Source: a virus
Reading direction: 5' to 3' (one strand)
Length of the DNA: 45,840 nt
Virus record (IMG/VR): IMGVR_UViG_2545824543_000001
Shown here: in pieces, positions 34,085 through 42,994 of the stretch
How the letters are laid out: every line of letters begins with the position of its first letter
How positions within the stretch are numbered: position 1 is the stretch's first letter
Program-made: the position numbers and the translations under genes
Notes under the pieces: generated by a model
Database searches by the model: none
What the model was told of the DNA's origin: nothing
Seen by the model: the letters and a program-made list of their open reading frames with translations, nothing else

Positions 34085-35775
34085 CAGCCAATCCCCAGCT
34101 TTTGCAGCAGCGCGCCGCCGCCAGCGTTATTCTGAGCATCAGCGAGCACCGACGCGGCTTCCGCGCCCTGCTTTGCAGCGGGTGCCATTGTGGCCGCCAT
34201 CGCCGCGCTTTCTGCCGCCTGCTGCTTCTGCGCGCGCGCTTGGCGGGTCTTCGCAACTTCATCGTCAGGCACAACGATAGACGGCGGCACGCCGATATAA
34301 TCGAAGTACACGTCTACAGCTTCGTCCGCGTCGATCTTGTCGAGAACGTCAGGCTTCACAGCAGACAACTGACCGACGAACGCAACACCGCGCTCGATGC
34401 TTCCAGTCGCGACGGCCTTCTGAGCTTGCGCCAGCATCGACGTATATTCGATGCCGAGGTTTTTCTTTTGCAGATCAGGAGGCGGCGGCGGCAGCATTTC
34501 GCGCCTGTTCATGATCGCATAGGAGCGCTCGATAATCGGCTCGAGTTGTCCGTTGTAAATGTTTTCGAGCACCGGCCCGAGCGCCAGCAGCTTTTCTTCC
34601 TTGCGCTCCGCGATCTCGAATTGATTGCGCGGCTGAATGCCTTCCATGTTCGCCAGCATCAGGAACAGATCAGCGTAAAACGTGCGATCTACGCGCCTCT
34701 GCGTCTCGTTGATGTCCTCGCGAAGCTCGCCCAGGCGCAAATCAACCTGCATTGCAGGGCGGTAGCCGACGTTGGCGCTTTGGGCGTCGACGTAGGTAAT
34801 CGAGCCCGGCAGAAGCGAAGCCGGGTTGTTTCGCATGCTCGTCGGTCCCGTCATCGGCGGCCGGACTTGCTTGTCTATGCCTTCGAGCTTCCGCGACTGC
34901 TCTTTTTGCAGCATCTTCACGTCACCGATGGCATCTTGCCCCGGCGACGTCGCGTAGTGATCATCTCCCGATAGTTCCCACGGCGGCGCGATAATCGGGT
35001 TTTCTTCGAAGCCGCTTTCTTCAAGAAGCTTGTCGCCGTCGCCGCCTTCCTCCCAATAGTTCGAGAGATAAGGCATATCCCACTTAGCCGCGCTGTCCGG
35101 ATTGCGGTTTAGACGCGGCTCGATTGCCTGCCAGATAACGAAAGTCTCATCGTATCGGCCGGAATCATACTTCTCGCGGATGCGATTGCTGACGTTCTTC
35201 AGCCCGAAGCGCCCGACGATCCGCTGAACCGACCAGCGGAAATTGCGATAGAGCGTCGTCGCACGGCCCTTTTCATCGCGCGCGATCCAGAACGTCCCAT
35301 GCAAAAGCTGGATCATGCGAATTACTTTTTCGTCGTCTTCGACGAGGATGCCGCACGACTGACCGAACAGGCCTAGATCGCCGTATCCTGTATGGAACGA
35401 GGTATAGAGGTTCGATGCCGAGAACACCTTGCGCATGCGTTCCTCGGTCAGAGACAGGTATTGCTTGACCGGCGCAAAGTCTCGCAGTTCCGGATCTTCG
35501 GCCGCGAGCTTGAACCAAGGCCGGGCTGGCGATGTCAGGCCCGAATGCATGCCTGATTTCAGCGTGCGATAGGCGAGCGTTCCCGTCCCGTCGATAATCT
35601 TCTTGCGCGAAGCGGCGCGTTCAGCACGCAATTGCGCGCGATACCGCGTCGGATCGACATTGTTCGCAAGCTCTTGCCAGTCGCTTTCCCACGGCTGGCG
35701 GATCTGCTTCAGTTCTTCGCAACGCCTGCGGTGATAGGCGATTTGCGTCTCGTTGCTCGGAGCGTTCGCGCTCAT
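34084..35775 (-). CDS. Portal (head-to-tail connector) protein, podovirus type
   Basis: 563 aa. Position downstream of terL. Motifs include NLYTSFHTGYGDLGLFGQSCGILVED. Confidence 0.8.
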   Translation of the reverse strand: MSANAPSNETQIAYHRRRCEELKQIRQPWESDWQELANNVDPTRYRAQLRAERAASRKKIIDGTGTLAYRTLKSGMHSGLTSPARPWFKLAAEDPELRDFAPVKQYLSLTEERMRKVFSASNLYTSFHTGYGDLGLFGQSCGILVEDDEKVIRMIQLLHGTFWIARDEKGRATTLYRNFRWSVQRIVGRFGLKNVSNRIREKYDSGRYDETFVIWQAIEPRLNRNPDSAAKWDMPYLSNYWEEGGDGDKLLEESGFEENPIIAPPWELSGDDHYATSPGQDAIGDVKMLQKEQSRKLEGIDKQVRPPMTGPTSMRNNPASLLPGSITYVDAQSANVGYRPAMQVDLRLGELREDINETQRRVDRTFYADLFLMLANMEGIQPRNQFEIAERKEEKLLALGPVLENIYNGQLEPIIERSYAIMNRREMLPPPPPDLQKKNLGIEYTSMLAQAQKAVATGSIERGVAFVGQLSAVKPDVLDKIDADEAVDVYFDYIGVPPSIVVPDDEVAKTRQARAQKQQAAESAAMAATMAPAAKQGAEAASVLADAQNNAGGGALLQKLGIG

Positions 35776-35975
35776 CTGAAGCCACCAATCTGAAACGCGT
35801 CGACTTCCACGTAATTGCCGACGACGTGGCCGCCGTCAGTTTTCGCTTCCGTGCGCTCGCCTGAGAGAAGAAAGGCCCGCGCGCCCCAGATGATCACCGG
35901 AGGCGCGGGGTTACGAGGCATTACGCCCTCGTGGACCTGCTTATTGCTTGCCTTGTCGAACAGCCGGAAACGCAT
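35772..35975 (-). CDS. Hypothetical protein
   Basis: 67-aa ORF with a 4-nt overlap onto the portal start. Confidence 0.5.
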   Translation of the reverse strand: MRFRLFDKASNKQVHEGVMPRNPAPPVIIWGARAFLLSGERTEAKTDGGHVVGNYVEVDAFQIGGFR

Positions 35976-35978
35976 GCG

Positions 35979-36191
35979 TTACTGCCCGAGCAACGTCTTT
36001 TTGCCGGTATCGCCTACCGACGTGACGCCAGAGCCAGACGTAAGAACCGTCTGCGTTCCGGCTCGCATCCGATCGAGCGTCCGTCTGGACGACGCCGAGC
36101 GAGCGGCATCGCCATCAGGAGAGCGCTGCTGAGCGTATTGCGTCGGCTCTTGGAGCTTTGGCGTAGATGAAGACTGCGGAAGAATGCACAT
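35979..36191 (-). CDS. Hypothetical protein
   Basis: 70-aa ORF with AAAGG 8 nt upstream of the ATG. Preferred over the Arg-rich alternative frame 36014-36199. Confidence 0.45.
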   Translation of the reverse strand: MCILPQSSSTPKLQEPTQYAQQRSPDGDAARSASSRRTLDRMRAGTQTVLTSGSGVTSVGDTGKKTLLGQ

Positions 36192-36206
36192 AGCGGCACC
36201 TTTCGT

Positions 36207-36470
36207 TTAAACGGCTAAGAGATGGAGGGTTACGATGGCGACGCAGAACGTGCTGATGAACAGCGAAACGAATGCGCCTAAGCGCGATTGCGTCGCCTCA
36301 GCGACGTAGGACACGGCGAAAGGAAGCGCGGACAGAACGGCGAGCTTCACATAGAGAGCGTTATGTTCGATCAGATAGACCGCGATGCAGGCGGCAAACA
36401 AAAGGACGCAAAGCGCGCGCCCGTTAGCGGCGGCATTCTTCGCGATTGTGAGGCGTTCTAGTTCGCTCAT
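36207..36470 (-). CDS. Three-TM membrane protein
   Basis: 87 aa. GGAG SD. Hydrophobic runs are ALCVLLFAACIAVYLI, LAVLSALPFAVSYV and FVSLFISTFCVAIVTLHLL. Confidence 0.6.
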   Translation of the reverse strand: MSELERLTIAKNAAANGRALCVLLFAACIAVYLIEHNALYVKLAVLSALPFAVSYVAEATQSRLGAFVSLFISTFCVAIVTLHLLAV

Positions 36471-36521
36471 TGCTGCACTCCGGATTAGGAGCGCACCAAA
36501 TCACGCGAACGGTTGTCGCCT

Positions 36522-38033
36522 TCACTCGAGAGGGTCGTAATCGGTCGTGACCGAGTGATAGCTTTCGCCGTTGGCTGTCGTCTTCTCTTGCAAGCGAACC
36601 TTCTTCGCGACCGGCTCGGCAAACGTGAGCGCCAGCGCATCGCCCTTGTTTGGCGACGGCAGAAGGCGCTCTTTCATGTCTTCCTTGCTTTCGAGTTGGA
36701 TCTTGCCATCCGTGCGAGGAACGGTTTCCGGCCCGACAATATCGTCATAAAGCTCCGTATCTTTCGGATCGATTGCGCCGCCCTGCTTCAGCCAGAGCTT
36801 CATGAGCCCCCACATTTCGGCGCGCTTATTCAGATAGCCGGGATCGATAGCCTTGCCTGAGAACCAAATCAGACGCCACGAGCGGCCCATGACATCGCCA
36901 GCGCTCTTGATGCCTGTGCCATAGCCCGCGTCGATGAACACCGCGTCGGCCTGATATTCATCTTCCAGGCTCGCGATCAGGTTCGCCATTTGAATGTCGT
37001 TATCGTTCCGCGGGATTGAGCGCAGATGCTTCGAATACAAGCCCTGCCGCATGTAGATCTCTAGGCTGTCGTCACCCGTCCATGCCGGATCGACGCCAAT
37101 AATGACCGGGGCGAAACTGTATTGCTCACGCCGCAAATGACGATTGCGAGCGGCGTCTGCATCCGCTGTAGAAATGAACTGCATAGCCGACTGCTCCGGA
37201 AAGAGGCCTCGCACGCGGTATTTGAAAACGTCGCTATCCTCGCCGTATTGCTTCAGGAGGCGTTCGAAGAACTTCTTGTTTGTGCCTGGGACAGTCCGGC
37301 TATCGATGTTCCGCGTGACCCAGAAATCTCGGAAACGCCTGAAGCACTCACGGAACCGGCCGCTGTTCTGCGTCGGATTGCCGAACGCGACCCAGATGAT
37401 CACGGTGTCTTCGTCCGTCATCGCGCCTTCAGCGACTTCCCAAACCTTCGGCGCGATACCGCTCGCCTCATCGAACAGGAGCAGGATTATCTTGCCTTGA
37501 TTGTGCAGACCGGCGAACGCTTCCGTGTTGTGTTCGCTCCACGTCACGAAGTCCATGCGCCAGCTATCCGTGGCGACGGGATCTCTCGACTTGATCGATT
37601 GCGAGTTGATGTCGAACCAATGTCCGGTAATCGAGCGCTTGAACCAGCCGCCGACTTCCGGACTTGTCTTCGTCCGCATCTGCGTTTCGGTGTTGGCGGT
37701 AATAACGACCTTGGCATTTGCCCAGCAGGACATCGCCCAATTTGAGAGCATGCCCATTTCGGCAGATTTGCCGATGCCGTGACCAGACGCGACCGCGATC
37801 TGTAGCGGCTGATACCGCGTCTCTGGATCGGCCAAGTGATCGCGAATGACGCGGTTTATATCGCTCTGCCACTCACGCGGCCCAGGATGCTTTTCGAGAT
37901 CGCCGTGCCCCCAATCCCATGCGACCTTAGACCAGCGGTCAGGATCGAACTGGCAGGAAGCGGCTAAATCAATGATCTCGTCGTTCGGATCTTGGTTGTG
38001 TCCGATGCCGACCTTGCGCTGAGCACTAGCCAT
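36522..38033 (-). CDS. terL: Terminase large subunit
   Basis: 503 aa. Walker A-like VASGHGIGKS and Walker B-like ILLLFDEASG, followed by a nuclease-like C-terminal half. Confidence 0.85.
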   Translation of the reverse strand: MASAQRKVGIGHNQDPNDEIIDLAASCQFDPDRWSKVAWDWGHGDLEKHPGPREWQSDINRVIRDHLADPETRYQPLQIAVASGHGIGKSAEMGMLSNWAMSCWANAKVVITANTETQMRTKTSPEVGGWFKRSITGHWFDINSQSIKSRDPVATDSWRMDFVTWSEHNTEAFAGLHNQGKIILLLFDEASGIAPKVWEVAEGAMTDEDTVIIWVAFGNPTQNSGRFRECFRRFRDFWVTRNIDSRTVPGTNKKFFERLLKQYGEDSDVFKYRVRGLFPEQSAMQFISTADADAARNRHLRREQYSFAPVIIGVDPAWTGDDSLEIYMRQGLYSKHLRSIPRNDNDIQMANLIASLEDEYQADAVFIDAGYGTGIKSAGDVMGRSWRLIWFSGKAIDPGYLNKRAEMWGLMKLWLKQGGAIDPKDTELYDDIVGPETVPRTDGKIQLESKEDMKERLLPSPNKGDALALTFAEPVAKKVRLQEKTTANGESYHSVTTDYDPLE

Positions 38034-38037
38034 TGCG

Positions 38038-38331
38038 TCACCAGTCGCGCCGGATCGGCTTGCGCGGATCGTGAGGAAGAGCGACGCCCCGGATTATCAG
38101 CCGCGTATAGCTCGCCATGTATTCCGAGCGCCACCGGCCCCAGAATAGCCTAGCACTCACGCGCTTGCCCTTGCCGAGCGACACGCGCTCGATGCGGCGC
38201 ACTTGGAGATATGCGCGGCTGGCCTCGTCGACGAGCACATACGCGACCATGACGACCAGGACGATCAGCCCGAGCATCATCACATAGCCAAGGATCATCG
38301 CCGTTCGATCCATCACTTCCCAGGTGATCAT
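38038..38331 (-). CDS. Small membrane protein inserted between terS and terL
   Basis: 97 aa. TM segment is AMILGYVMMLGLIVLVVMVAYVLV, followed by a basic tail. ATGA overlap with the terS stop. Confidence 0.6.
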   Translation of the reverse strand: MITWEVMDRTAMILGYVMMLGLIVLVVMVAYVLVDEASRAYLQVRRIERVSLGKGKRVSARLFWGRWRSEYMASYTRLIIRGVALPHDPRKPIRRDW

Positions 38332-38906
38332 TTGCCCTCGCGCTTTGCTGCACGCGCCAATCGCTCCGCGAGAGCATCGACGCCGTTCACTTCCAATTTG
38401 TCGTTGTAGAGGCTCAGATGCCGCGCAAGCTGATTGAGCGCTTTCGACTTGTCCGCGAGCTTCAGCACGAAATTCTGGTTGCGGTCATAGCCCCAGCCAA
38501 CGATTGCGCGCCGCACGTCTTCGGGAAGCTTCTTGATGTCTCGCGGCTCGCTGATGCCATCGAGAACCATTCGCTTGCCGTCGACTTCGATAATCGCGCC
38601 GCAGTCGATGCCGTCCAAGTCGCTATCTTCAATTGGACGCGCGATCTCGATCAGGTCAGCCGGGTCATAGAACGCCATGCGCTGAATTTCGAGCAACACG
38701 CGTTCCGCGCTTAGGCCGGTCTTCTCAGCGCGTTCAATCTTGGCCGCGTCGATTGCCTCACGGACTTGAGTTTTTTCAAGTAGCTCGTGAGCGATGCGGG
38801 ATGCAGTCTTCGGAGAATAGCCAGCACGTATCGCGGCCTGAGTTGCGTTCAGGTCGATCAGGTATTCGCGCACGAACAGCGCTTGCTTTGCCGTTAGCTC
38901 TGACAT
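38328..38906 (-). CDS. terS: Terminase small subunit
   Basis: 192 aa. LTAKQALFVREYLIDLNATQAAIRAGYSPKTASRIAHELL is the Terminase_2 HTH signature. Confidence 0.85.
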   Translation of the reverse strand: MSELTAKQALFVREYLIDLNATQAAIRAGYSPKTASRIAHELLEKTQVREAIDAAKIERAEKTGLSAERVLLEIQRMAFYDPADLIEIARPIEDSDLDGIDCGAIIEVDGKRMVLDGISEPRDIKKLPEDVRRAIVGWGYDRNQNFVLKLADKSKALNQLARHLSLYNDKLEVNGVDALAERLARAAKREGK

Positions 38907-38995
38907 GCCGCCATGTTTACGCGGCGATGGTTGGCGTCATGCACGCACGGCGCATCACATCGCACCACAATACCGGCAGTGCTCTTTGATTTTAG

Positions 38996-39290
38996 TCCGC
39001 TACCGACTGCTACTGGCTTTCAACTCTGACCCGGTAGCAGTCCAACACTCTGATTTTATTGGCTTATTCCGGTCGGCTTTGCTGCTACCGGCTCACTTTC
39101 GCCAACATTTATATTCTCATGTATGATGTATATGCTTATCTCTATCCCACTTTTCACATATGTTTACCCTATATAGCTGGTAGCTGGTAGCAGAAGAGAG
39201 AAAAGAGCAGCAAAATCAGGAACTTGCCGCTGCTACCGGCTCTGCTACCGGCTCAAAATTAGCTGGTAGCAGGGCGTAGCTGGTAGCAGC
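38996..39290. repeat. Array of CTGCTACCRG decamers in both orientations flanking an AT-rich core (ori, pac or late-promoter control region)
   Basis: CTGCTACCGG at 39082, 39230 and 39242. Its reverse complement at 39031. CTGGTAGCAG at 39184, 39263 and 39280 (partial copy at 39177). CTGCTACTGG at 39008. Partial copy at 38996. The AT-rich stretch spans 39101-39176. Confidence 0.8.
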
Positions 39291-39303
39291 CGACGAAAAG
39301 CGA

Positions 39304-39330
39304 CCAAAGAAAAAGCCCGCTCTCGCGGGC
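39304..39330 (-). terminator. Rho-independent terminator after the primase-helicase gene
   Basis: Minus strand reads AGCCCGC-GAGA-GCGGGCT followed by TTTTTCTTT. It starts 7 nt after the stop at 39337. Confidence 0.8.
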
Positions 39331-39336
39331 TCCATC

Positions 39337-40965
39337 TCACCAATCTGTCGTAAGCGTCTCGGCTGGCGGTGGATCATCGCCCGCCTCATGCGGCCACCAC
39401 TTCGCAAATTTCGGTTCGCCGCGAACGTAGGCTTTCACCTGCGCCCCGCGCCGCCGCAGGTTCTTAACATCAGGATCAAAGCCAAGCCCGGCCAGCGCCT
39501 TCTGCAACGAGCGCCGCTGTAGGTCGCTGATCTTATGCAAGCTGCCCTCATCAAGCCCGATCAGCTTCCACGCCTCACGTACCGGCAGCTTGATCTGCCC
39601 GTCCGGAATAACGCCGTCGAGCAGATCGCCCCACGCGCCGAAATCCGTCTTCGTTGTATTGGCCGCGTTGTTCGCTTCGTAAAGCTCGCCTTCAAGGTAC
39701 AGGTTTTCGTCCGGCTCAGCGGCGACCGTTTCACTCCAAAGCTGATCACGAACAGCGGACAAGCCGTCGACATCGGCCTTACCGGCCTCAACGACCCAGA
39801 ACCGCCGATTGCCCGTCAGAGAGGTCAGGAACCGCTTCTCGTTCGACGTGCCGAACAGGATGAATTGCCGCTGCACTTCCGTTTCCGTCCGCGCATACGC
39901 CTTGCGCGCGCGATCCGACTGCGTTGTCACGAAGTGCTTAATCGTCTCGACCTCGCGACGGCCCGCGCCGATCATCTCAGCCATCTCGATCAGCCACTTG
40001 CCGGAAGACTGTTCGATTACCGTCTTCGCGTCCGATCCGATGCGAAGCTGATCACCAAACCAGCGCGCGTCGGGACTGAGCGCGCGGATCAGCCGGGACT
40101 TGCCGAGATTTTCCGGCCCGTTCAGCACCAGGACGTGATCGAATTTGCAGCCCGGCAGGCGCACGCGGCGAACAGCGGCGCAAAGCACCTTGCGCGCGAA
40201 CGCCCTATTCAGCGGCGTTGCCTCGACACCAGCGTAAGTCTCGAGCCATCCGTCTAAACGCGGCACGCCATCCCATGCAGGAAGCGCCGCGAGATAATCC
40301 TTCACCGGATGGAACGACTGACCGCGCGCGACGCGCTCGATCACCGGGACGACGTTGGAGAACTTCGGCGTCATCTGCCGTTGTTCGAGCCATTCCACGA
40401 TGCGCGATATGTCGACATCGTTGACGCCACGCGTCGACCAGTCGCCCGGCTCCTTGTCCCACGGCGGCCGACGAACGATAGAGACGCGCCCGGCGAACTC
40501 GTCATATCCGAGCACGCCTTTCATTTCCTTTTGGTTTTCGAGAAGCAGCGCCCAGTTGAACGTAGCGCCGGGCTTTATTGCGCCCTTGTCTGTCTTCACG
40601 AACGTATCGGCCCAGAACTCGCTTGCAGGGTAACTCGCGCCCGTATGGATATTCGTAACCGTCGCTTCTTCCGGCTTCTCCTGCTGCGTCTGCTTAAGCT
40701 GCTGGATGATATCTTGCGAAGACTTCCCGGCAGGAGCAGGAGGCGCGGCAGGGGTTACGGTCGACGGCCGCGCGGCAGGCTTCTCAAAGTCGCCAGGGAA
40801 TTGCTCAGCGCGCCACGCCCGCCACTCGTCGACCGGCATGGCCGTTTCGCGCATGTAAGTGTCTAGCTCGACCTTGCCCCAGCCATCAGCCACCGCGTCG
40901 GCGCAATCCCAGCCTTTCGGCGGCAACTTGCCCGACTGCCAATCTGCGAACGTGTATTTTTCCAT
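39337..40965 (-). CDS. VirE-family (D5/P4-alpha-like) primase-helicase P-loop NTPase
   Basis: 542 aa. HPVKDYLAALPAWDGVPRLDGWL...PGCKFDHVLVLNGPENLGKSRLIRAL...NRRFWVV. Confidence 0.8.
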   Translation of the reverse strand: MEKYTFADWQSGKLPPKGWDCADAVADGWGKVELDTYMRETAMPVDEWRAWRAEQFPGDFEKPAARPSTVTPAAPPAPAGKSSQDIIQQLKQTQQEKPEEATVTNIHTGASYPASEFWADTFVKTDKGAIKPGATFNWALLLENQKEMKGVLGYDEFAGRVSIVRRPPWDKEPGDWSTRGVNDVDISRIVEWLEQRQMTPKFSNVVPVIERVARGQSFHPVKDYLAALPAWDGVPRLDGWLETYAGVEATPLNRAFARKVLCAAVRRVRLPGCKFDHVLVLNGPENLGKSRLIRALSPDARWFGDQLRIGSDAKTVIEQSSGKWLIEMAEMIGAGRREVETIKHFVTTQSDRARKAYARTETEVQRQFILFGTSNEKRFLTSLTGNRRFWVVEAGKADVDGLSAVRDQLWSETVAAEPDENLYLEGELYEANNAANTTKTDFGAWGDLLDGVIPDGQIKLPVREAWKLIGLDEGSLHKISDLQRRSLQKALAGLGFDPDVKNLRRRGAQVKAYVRGEPKFAKWWPHEAGDDPPPAETLTTDW

Positions 40966-41196
40966 AATTAGTCCCGGCCCGAATTGCGCCGAGCCGTGCT
41001 CGGGTCGACAGCATGGCCGTCAACGGTTGGCAATGCGATTGAGGCCCATCCGCCAATCGCAACGCAAAACACATCATGTTGTGGGTCGCGGCCATTAAGG
41101 TTACTGGCAGACCGCAATATCTTGTGCTGTGAAGATTTTTTTGATGCTCTTTCGATCACAACACCCGCCCCGCTTGATGCGCTAGACGTACATCAT

Positions 41197-41265
41197 CGTT
41201 GCGAATATCGCAACGGGCTATTGACGCGGTGTGGATCGATGTGTGAATGTTGCGGCCATCGCAAC
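41197..41265 (+). promoter_or_regulatory. Rightward early promoter flanked by two perfect dyad operators
   Basis: CGTTGCGAATATCGCAACG (41197-41215) is a perfect 8-3-8 palindrome. TTGACG lies at 41221-41226. GTTGCGGCCATCGCAAC (41249-41265) overlaps the -10/+1 region. Confidence 0.6.
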
Positions 41266-41279
41266 GGAGAGCACATCAA

Positions 41280-41519
41280 ATGCGTCTGTACTTCATCGCC
41301 TGCGCTATCAGCGTGGACAATTTCGACCAGTTCGCAATCGCGCCCAGCAAGCAAACCGCGTTGGACCTTTGGGCACAGGCTTGGGATCTCGACGCGCGCG
41401 AGCGCGCAACCGCCCACGTCTTCGAGATCAAAGCCGCAAAAGTGACGAGCGAGACGCCGCGCCTTCTCGACTGGGACGGAGCCGACATCGTTCGGGTCCA
41501 TGACGAAGTGGAGCATTGA
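41280..41519 (+). CDS. Hypothetical protein
   Basis: The ATG at 41280 is preceded by GGAGAG. The ORF-track start at 41247 lies inside the operator. Confidence 0.55.
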   Translation: MRLYFIACAISVDNFDQFAIAPSKQTALDLWAQAWDLDARERATAHVFEIKAAKVTSETPRLLDWDGADIVRVHDEVEH

Positions 41520-41836
41520 TCATGGACATTCTGCCCCGCACTCTCGAGCAGATGGAGCTTCGCCGCACTCGCTACGAAGTCCAGCTAGTCATCGGCGGCA
41601 ATAGCCGCATCGTCGGCTACACGGCCCGCAAAACGCGGGAAGCGCTGAACGAGTACATCGCCAAGTATCGCGATGAGATTGTTAGGCACATCGGAGATCC
41701 GGACAGCGCCTATTACGGCGCAGGTCCAGGCCGCATCGACATCAACGACGACGTTTCTATTGCCTTCACCGGCCGGACCGAGCGCGACGCGCGCCGAGCA
41801 ATCGACCGCGAGCTCAACTCGGAGGTCGCGGCATGA
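41516..41836 (+). CDS. Hypothetical protein
   Basis: 106-aa ORF with 4-nt overlaps at both ends. Confidence 0.6.
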   Translation: MIMDILPRTLEQMELRRTRYEVQLVIGGNSRIVGYTARKTREALNEYIAKYRDEIVRHIGDPDSAYYGAGPGRIDINDDVSIAFTGRTERDARRAIDRELNSEVAA

Positions 41837-41988
41837 TCTCGAAGCGCATCTGGAAGATGAGCCGCAAATTGAAATCTCGGCATGGGATCACCGGAAAATC
41901 TGACCATTATTACGTGACCCGCGAAGGATGGTTTCTGTTCGGTGTTATCCCGATTTACGTGCGCGATATTGATGTGGAGGTGTCGTGA
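41833..41988 (+). CDS. Small hypothetical protein (51 aa, below the ORF-track cutoff)
   Basis: ATGA overlap with the upstream stop and a GTGATG overlap with the exonuclease start. Hand translation: MISKRIWKMSRKLKSRHGITGKSDHYYVTREGWFLFGVIPIYVRDIDVEVS. Confidence 0.45.
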   Translation: MISKRIWKMSRKLKSRHGITGKSDHYYVTREGWFLFGVIPIYVRDIDVEVS

Positions 41989-42740
41989 TGACAGTCCGCA
42001 TCATCGACACCGAAACGACCGGGACCGATCCAAGCGCAGATGAGATCTGCGAGATTGCATCCGTCGACCTGAAGAAAGTCGACGGCCTGTTCTGCGTAAG
42101 GAACCCGTTGTCGACGTTCGCCGCTATCTCGAAGCCGATGCCTCCCGAGGCGTCGGCTGCTCATCACATCGTCGACAAGGATCTGATAGGCGCTCCGCCC
42201 ATCGATCAGGCGCTAGTTCCGTTTACCGAGCACGACGACGCAGAGCTTGTTTTCGTCGCTCATAATGCGGACTTCGAGCGCGCATTTTTAAAGCCTTGGC
42301 TTAGATCGCAGCGTTGGATCTGCACTTATAAGGTTGCGCTTCGCGTGCTTCCGGATCTGCCGAGCCACAGCAACCAGTTCCTTCGCTATTACTTCGGGCT
42401 TGTCGAGCCCTTCGGCATGGCGCGGGAGAGCATCGCCCCGCACCGCGCGCTTTCCGACTGCTACGTGACCGCCGCAGTATTCGTGCAACTCGCGCTGCTT
42501 TCACCTAGCTACGCGCAAATGTTCGCGTGGAGCGACGAGCCGCCGCTTAAATCGCGGATCACGTTCGGCAAGAAGCACAAGGGACTTCGTTACGACGATC
42601 CGGCAGTCCCGACGAGCTATCTGCGATGGATCATCAACGAAAGCGACCTGGACGAGCCGACGAAGTTCAGCGCCCAGCATTGGCTTGACCAGCGGGCAGA
42701 GGCCGAAAATCAAAAACTTATGGCAGGGAGCCTGATTTAA
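41985..42740 (+). CDS. DnaQ-like 3'-5' exonuclease (DEDDh) with a DUF3820-like C-terminal domain
   Basis: Exo motifs are IIDTETTG, VAHNADFE and HRALSDCY. The C-terminal KHKGLRYDDPAVPTSYLRWI is the ExoX C-terminal type. Confidence 0.8.
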   Translation: MMTVRIIDTETTGTDPSADEICEIASVDLKKVDGLFCVRNPLSTFAAISKPMPPEASAAHHIVDKDLIGAPPIDQALVPFTEHDDAELVFVAHNADFERAFLKPWLRSQRWICTYKVALRVLPDLPSHSNQFLRYYFGLVEPFGMARESIAPHRALSDCYVTAAVFVQLALLSPSYAQMFAWSDEPPLKSRITFGKKHKGLRYDDPAVPTSYLRWIINESDLDEPTKFSAQHWLDQRAEAENQKLMAGSLI

Positions 42741-42742
42741 AA

Positions 42743-42994
42743 ATGACCAGCATCACACCGACTACAGACCTATTCGCCACGTTGAAATTGACCGAGGACG
42801 ACATTGAAAACTGGCGCAAGCAGCTTGATCAGCTTGCAAGCGACACGTCGCGCAGCGCCCGGTTCCTGATCGCGCCAATCGGCCGTTGCGTCGTCGTCGT
42901 CGACGAGGCGCATATCTATGACGGCTACGACAGGCAAAAAGCGATTGCGCTCTACAACGCCGCTCCGAAGACGAAGAAGGCGACATCACGATGA
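42743..42994 (+). CDS. Hypothetical protein
   Basis: 83-aa ORF tightly packed in the operon. Confidence 0.55.
   Translation: MTSITPTTDLFATLKLTEDDIENWRKQLDQLASDTSRSARFLIAPIGRCVVVVDEAHIYDGYDRQKAIALYNAAPKTKKATSR

Noticed and set aside
38905-39407. ORFs 38905-39126 (+) and 39216-39407 (-) lie in the terS-upstream region.
   Set aside because: They run across the decamer repeat array, the AT-rich core and the terminator, have no RBS, and have odd composition. The region is better explained as non-coding and regulatory.
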